IMG/VR virus record: IMGVR_UViG_3300020045_002325
Location: 1 to 41,219 of that record
Reading direction: 5' to 3' (one strand)
DNA length: 41,219 nt
DNA from: a virus
Lineage: Duplodnaviria > Caudoviricetes
Part shown: positions 36,934 to 41,219 of the stretch, piece after piece
How the letters are laid out: each line of letters opens with the position of its first letter
How positions within the stretch are numbered: the stretch's first letter is position 1
Notes under the pieces: model-generated
Told to the model about the DNA's origin: nothing
The model's input: the letters and a program-made list of their open reading frames with translations, nothing else
Database searches by the model: none
Translations under genes and position numbers: made by a program

Positions 36934-38625
36934 ATGTTCATAGGAATGGGGATTAGAATAGGTGGTAATAAGGCGGTACTCTCGGATATTGCTAAAGCGA
37001 TTGCTTTCCTGAAGAGTCAAGGTGAGAATGCCCACGTATGGCTACCCGGCATTGGTGCGCTCAATGGCATCCAAGCAGGTAACTACCTAGACAGCGCAGG
37101 CACTACGCTTGCTGCTATTGATGGGCCTGGTGGTCGGGTTAATGATGGGATGGGCGTGTTGGGGGTGGAGCTAGTGACGAATGGGGACTTTAGTTCACCT
37201 GTTGGGTGGACTCTACCCTCATCAGCAACTATCAGCGGCGGCTCTCTTAACTTCAATAGCTCGACCCCTGAGTTTGCAACGTTACCTCTTATGTTTGTTG
37301 CTGGAAAAACCTATGTCATTGAGTTTGACTACACCCATATTAGTGGCGGTGGGTTTCGCGGGCCGTACGACGGTGGTGCAGGAAATATTATCTCGGTAAC
37401 TGCGACGGGTCACTATAAGAAAATTATGTACTCGACATCAGGTAATGTTTTGATGTATGTTGGTTATGGTGGAACATCGACTGGGTCCTTTGACAACATC
37501 TCCGTCCGCGAAATCTCCGGCATCCACCTGACCCAAGCTACAACCGCGAGTAAGCCTGTATTACGGAGGGGGTTGTTGAATCAGGCGTTGCAGAGCAATG
37601 CACCTACTACAAGCCCTTGGGTTTTCTCTCCAGCCGCTAATGGCTGCACTAAAGATCAAGTTGGGCGTGATGGGTCAGCCAATTCAGCGTGGAGAATTAC
37701 TGCGTTAACTTCATCTAGCGCAATCTACTCATTTACAACAGTAGTACCCGGCGTTTACACCTTTGCATTTTGGGCAAAGTCAAATGGTGGAACACAGAAC
37801 TACATCGGTTTGTGGGATCGCTATGGCGTAGGCTCAGTTAGCTCGTCGAGAGACTTTACGGAAGAGCTATCAACAACAGAGTTTCGACTGATAACAATCA
37901 CGCATACTGTGGCGGCGGGTGGTACTACGCTGTATTACTACATCACCAGAGATAAGCCTGCTGGATCAGTGGATGTAATCATCCAAGATGTCGGACTATT
38001 CCAAGGCACCCTAACAGCAGCCGACATCATCAAACAAGGTGGCATCCCAGTAACCACCACAGCACCAGCAAGCAATCCAAATGCTGGGAGTTATTCGTGG
38101 GCATTCGACGGGAGTAATGATTCGCTGCAACTGAGTGCTGTGCCGTTTCAGATGTCGGATGATCATTGTGTGATTGCAGCGAGTGAAAACCAGAAGATCA
38201 CAGGGGCGCCTTATATTTTCGGTGTGAAAGGGGACTCTTACCTTTGCTCTGGAGCTATAGCCTACGCATCAGGAAAGCCAATGGCATTCTGGTATGACGG
38301 GACTACAACAGCAGCAGTAGTGCACGGGTCTGTAGTGACCGCACCCTGCGTTATCACAGCGTCTAAGGTTGGTGCCAATAAGACCCTTAGGGTTAACTCT
38401 GTCAAGTCTGGAGCAACAAATACGTCAGTAATGGCCTCTGTCGCTACTGGGTCGGCTTACATAGGTAGCAGCAGTGGTGCAAGTGCTGGCACGGTTGAAA
38501 ACGCGACTTATGCATTCACTGGCAACCTCGGCCCAGTAATCGCAATCAAAGGCAATGTCAGTGACGCAAACCTGCTGCTGCTTGAGAAACTGGTTGCGAA
38601 TCTTTCTGGAGTAACCCTGCCATGA
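36934..38625 (+). CDS. head spike fibre with carbohydrate-binding/lectin-like domains
   Basis: N-terminal MFIGMGIRIG anchor like RcGTA Rcc01080; ELVTNGDFS...DNISVRE (CBM-like); FDGSNDSL (LamG/ConA-like). Confidence 0.7.
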   Translation: MFIGMGIRIGGNKAVLSDIAKAIAFLKSQGENAHVWLPGIGALNGIQAGNYLDSAGTTLAAIDGPGGRVNDGMGVLGVELVTNGDFSSPVGWTLPSSATISGGSLNFNSSTPEFATLPLMFVAGKTYVIEFDYTHISGGGFRGPYDGGAGNIISVTATGHYKKIMYSTSGNVLMYVGYGGTSTGSFDNISVREISGIHLTQATTASKPVLRRGLLNQALQSNAPTTSPWVFSPAANGCTKDQVGRDGSANSAWRITALTSSSAIYSFTTVVPGVYTFAFWAKSNGGTQNYIGLWDRYGVGSVSSSRDFTEELSTTEFRLITITHTVAAGGTTLYYYITRDKPAGSVDVIIQDVGLFQGTLTAADIIKQGGIPVTTTAPASNPNAGSYSWAFDGSNDSLQLSAVPFQMSDDHCVIAASENQKITGAPYIFGVKGDSYLCSGAIAYASGKPMAFWYDGTTTAAVVHGSVVTAPCVITASKVGANKTLRVNSVKSGATNTSVMASVATGSAYIGSSSGASAGTVENATYAFTGNLGPVIAIKGNVSDANLLLLEKLVANLSGVTLP

Positions 38626-38999
38626 CCAACGCTTACAACCACACCCTAAGCATCACCCTGCCTGCGAACTTAGCTGGCATTGCATCGGCCATAGGTCGCG
38701 CCCTCGATCCTGACAGTGGTGGAGACAAGAGCTTTACCCCGTCGGAAGATGGCCTAACCATCACCACATCAACACCCTGCACCGCAGAGTTCTACGCACA
38801 AGCGCAGTACATGCTGGCAAATCCTGAAGCATTGCACGCTGCTGTGGCCGCTGACTACGCTGCCCGGTGGGGTGATCTGGTGGTGCCTACGCTTGAGGAA
38901 TGCACGTTGTTCTGCGAGAGTATAGCACCGGCTTCTATAACTCCTGTAGCTCTAGTACAAGAGGTGCTACAAGAAGTTGTTCCAGTTGTTCTGCCTTGA
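38622..38999 (+). CDS. hypothetical protein coupled to the fibre gene
   Basis: ATGA overlap; GC-rich like the fibre gene. Confidence 0.65.
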   Translation: MTNAYNHTLSITLPANLAGIASAIGRALDPDSGGDKSFTPSEDGLTITTSTPCTAEFYAQAQYMLANPEALHAAVAADYAARWGDLVVPTLEECTLFCESIAPASITPVALVQEVLQEVVPVVLP

Positions 39000-39023
39000 G
39001 CTAGGCTTGTCTAGCAACCCGCC

Positions 39024-39052
39024 TTGACTTCTAATACCCATAATGCTATTAT
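39024..39052 (+). promoter_or_regulatory. sigma70-type promoter
   Basis: TTGACT-17 bp-TATTAT with extended TG. Confidence 0.6.
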
Positions 39053-39125
39053 ATTAGCTAATTAAATCCAGTGGACAATAGGTTTATACTATCAGTCCAA
39101 TGGACTACAGAATAAGGAGTACGAC

Positions 39126-39521
39126 ATAAGTACTGCAAAAGATACAAAGAGTCTTCCTATTGTTAAAGCATTGAATGAGGAATTAATGCAGGTTACATAC
39201 GTGGCGATGAAGCCCGGCGTGGACTTACATTTTCACTCAGTTGATCTAGAAGAAATTCGACTAGCTAAAGAGTCATTCAATAAGAGTCTAATGCGGGCTA
39301 ATCTCTTCCACATGACTATGACGGATTCATTCAGCATAATCGAGTCATTTTTATCACCGACAGACATGATTTTAAATAAGCAGTTAGTCACTAAGGGTGA
39401 ATGGCTGGTTACTCTTCAGGTTCATAAAGGGCATGAGGATGTATGGAACATGATTAAGAATGACGAGATAACGGGCGTTTCAATCGGTGCTATGGGCATC
39501 CTAGAAGACGTTGAAGAATAA
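39126..39521 (+). CDS. XkdF-like prohead serine protease (probable ATA start)
   Basis: VDLH, NLFH, IIES, KGEW, W..IK..EITGVSIG; frame stays open upstream of TTG 39171 to ATA 39126, 6 nt after AGGAG. Confidence 0.75.
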   Translation: MSTAKDTKSLPIVKALNEELMQVTYVAMKPGVDLHFHSVDLEEIRLAKESFNKSLMRANLFHMTMTDSFSIIESFLSPTDMILNKQLVTKGEWLVTLQVHKGHEDVWNMIKNDEITGVSIGAMGILEDVEE

Positions 39522-39529
39522 GTAATATA

Positions 39530-39612
39530 AACAAGGCTACCTCGACGGAGGGAAAAGGTGATTCATCCACACCCTGCCATTGTTGTTTGGATGCATTCTT
39601 GATGGAGAATTA
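39530..39612 (+). promoter_or_regulatory. endonuclease-leader three-way-junction RNA, copy 3
   Basis: P1 AACAA-GGC/GCC-A-TTGTT; P2 CCTC-GACG-GAGG; GAAAA; P3 GGTG/CACC; loop ATTCATCCA. Confidence 0.8.
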
Positions 39613-40458
39613 ATGAATAATATTTACTACGTCTATTTACATAGACGCAAAACTGACAACAAAGTTTTCTATGTTGGTAAGGGTAAAGGACGTAGAGCAT
39701 ATAGCACAAAAGGTCGAAATAATCATTGGGTGAACATAGAAAAGAAGCACGGGTTAATTGTTGAAATTGTATTTGATAATCTAACTGAACCTGAAGCATT
39801 CCAAGTAGAAAAAGACACTATTTTAGAGCTTAGGTATTTCGGCCATCCCTTATGTAATATGACAGATGGTGGTGAAGGTCTTTCTGGTTTTAAATGGTCT
39901 GAAGAGCAAATGAAACATCACCCTAGTCTATCCAACATAGGAAGAAAGCAAAGCAAAGAGGAAATCGCTAAAAGAAGCGAGGCGATGCGCGGTAGAACTC
40001 TATCAAAGGCTACCCGAGAAAAGATAAGTAAAGGACACCAAGGTACTTCTGTCTTTTCATTTATTGTTAAAACTTTAATGGGAAAACGTATCATACCGCA
40101 TAAGCTCCGAGCAAAAATACTAGGCATATCACCTCTTGAGTTATTTAAGAAACCAACAGTAAAGCCCAGATTCACAGCAGAAGCTATTGAAAAAGCTGCA
40201 GCAATGAAGAGAGGGAAGCCCTCGTGGAACTCTGGAAAGAAATCACCAGAGTCCTCCGGTATTTTAAACAGTTCTGCAGATACTCGTATTTTTGAATTTG
40301 AAAGACTAGTAGATGGTCTAGTTTTCGTAGGTACACGGTACGAGCTTAGTGAAACATTCTCTCTTAATCTATCTGAGATTGGAAAACTATTCTATACAAA
40401 GGCTAGAAAATCAAGTCAAGGTTGGAAACTAATAAAGGAAATTAATGGAACAAACTGA
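39613..40458 (+). CDS. GIY-YIG homing endonuclease with NUMOD3-like repeats
   Basis: YYVYLHRRKTD..VFYVGKG..RRA, LCNMTDGGEG, SKATREKIS; start ATG 39613 behind GGAG. Confidence 0.88.
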   Translation: MNNIYYVYLHRRKTDNKVFYVGKGKGRRAYSTKGRNNHWVNIEKKHGLIVEIVFDNLTEPEAFQVEKDTILELRYFGHPLCNMTDGGEGLSGFKWSEEQMKHHPSLSNIGRKQSKEEIAKRSEAMRGRTLSKATREKISKGHQGTSVFSFIVKTLMGKRIIPHKLRAKILGISPLELFKKPTVKPRFTAEAIEKAAAMKRGKPSWNSGKKSPESSGILNSSADTRIFEFERLVDGLVFVGTRYELSETFSLNLSEIGKLFYTKARKSSQGWKLIKEINGTN

Positions 40459-41219
40459 AAATAAGACACGTAAAGCACAGAAGAAACTACGTGCATTGGA
40501 TTTCTCAGGTGTAGACAGTCATATGGCTCTTGTGCATAAAGATCAAGGTGGTTGTGCAAGTGGAGCGAATTATAAACTTGTGGTCAAGGCCACTTCCAAG
40601 TTCTCTGATGCTTTCGTAACCAAAGCAAGCAAGATTAAAGTAGAGCTAGACATTAACGAGTACCTTGAGCGATTCTATCATATCTACGGTGTAGACAATG
40701 AGCTTCTAGCACGTACTCTGGGCTTCACAACTGCAGGCATGGACAAGGCTGCAATGGAGGTAAAAGAACAAGCACTGGAAGATATAGAGACACCTGAGTA
40801 TCCAGAGTGGGATTCAGAGCCGGGGGATGCTGATTATGAAGCATATATTAATTCTAAGCTGATGTCTATTTCGGTAATGAAGGCTTTGCATGAAGCTGAA
40901 AGTCAAGCTGAAGTTCTAGCTAGTCTGAGCGAAACAGAATACCTAGTGATGCTAAAAGATCAAGCTATGCTTGAAAAAGCATTTAAGAAGATTGACGCAG
41001 CTAAGCTCAAGACAACCAAACAAGTAGCTAAGGCTGCAACCAAATCCAAGACTGTAGTAGTCGAAGATACCTCAAATATCGCTAGCGAGGTAAACAAGGG
41101 GGTATCTATCCCTATCACAAATAAGGAACTAAAAATGACTGTTGAATCAACTGTAGTTGAACAAGAAGTTGAAGTAGTTGCTAAGAGTGCTTTTGTTGAA
41201 CTTGAGAAGAGCCTTGGTG
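40445..41219 (+). CDS. capsid scaffolding protein (runs off the window end)
   Basis: Open frame MEQTENKTRKAQKKLRALDFSGVDSHMALV..DQGG.A.G; acidic/helical; position after the protease. Confidence 0.65.
   Translation, partial: MEQTENKTRKAQKKLRALDFSGVDSHMALVHKDQGGCASGANYKLVVKATSKFSDAFVTKASKIKVELDINEYLERFYHIYGVDNELLARTLGFTTAGMDKAAMEVKEQALEDIETPEYPEWDSEPGDADYEAYINSKLMSISVMKALHEAESQAEVLASLSETEYLVMLKDQAMLEKAFKKIDAAKLKTTKQVAKAATKSKTVVVEDTSNIASEVNKGVSIPITNKELKMTVESTVVEQEVEVVAKSAFVELEKSLG

Noticed and set aside
28704-40175. Short minus-strand and alternate-frame ORFs within the packaging/head genes
   Set aside because: Fully overlap well-supported plus-strand genes and have no independent signals
1-41219. 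Stop-codon reassignment or integrase/prophage signatures
   Set aside because: Known genes are full length under the standard code and end in TAA, TAG or TGA; no integrase, repressor or host genes are seen

Overview
A 41-kb segment of a lytic dsDNA tailed phage genome. The gene order (RNA ligase, dCMP deaminase, ThyX, SleB-type hydrolase, ClpP-like protease, PhoH, tRNA-like genes, TerS-TerL-portal-XkdF protease-scaffold) resembles rV5/PAK_P1-type myoviruses; this is inferred from synteny only. 0-16 kb holds small early/middle genes, two adenine-modification enzymes (Mom-like and Dam-like), nucleotide metabolism genes and a candidate origin. 16.2-21.3 kb has a perfect 36-bp tandem repeat followed by a block of small genes, possibly a genome end or terminal repeat. 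21.4-25.9 kb is a leftward operon (clpP-like, phoH, helicase-like) carrying a second, inverted copy of the candidate origin element. 26-27.6 kb is a non-coding RNA cluster with two aberrant tRNA-like genes. 27.6-41.2 kb is the packaging/head module, with RcGTA-type head-spike genes and three free-standing GIY-YIG endonucleases. The most striking observation is that each GIY-YIG gene is preceded by the same three-way-junction RNA. Its stems covary between copies, and its 9-nt loop differs in each copy yet always matches two downstream sites, the second overlapping that gene's ribosome-binding site. All calls come from reading motifs by eye; no searches were run.
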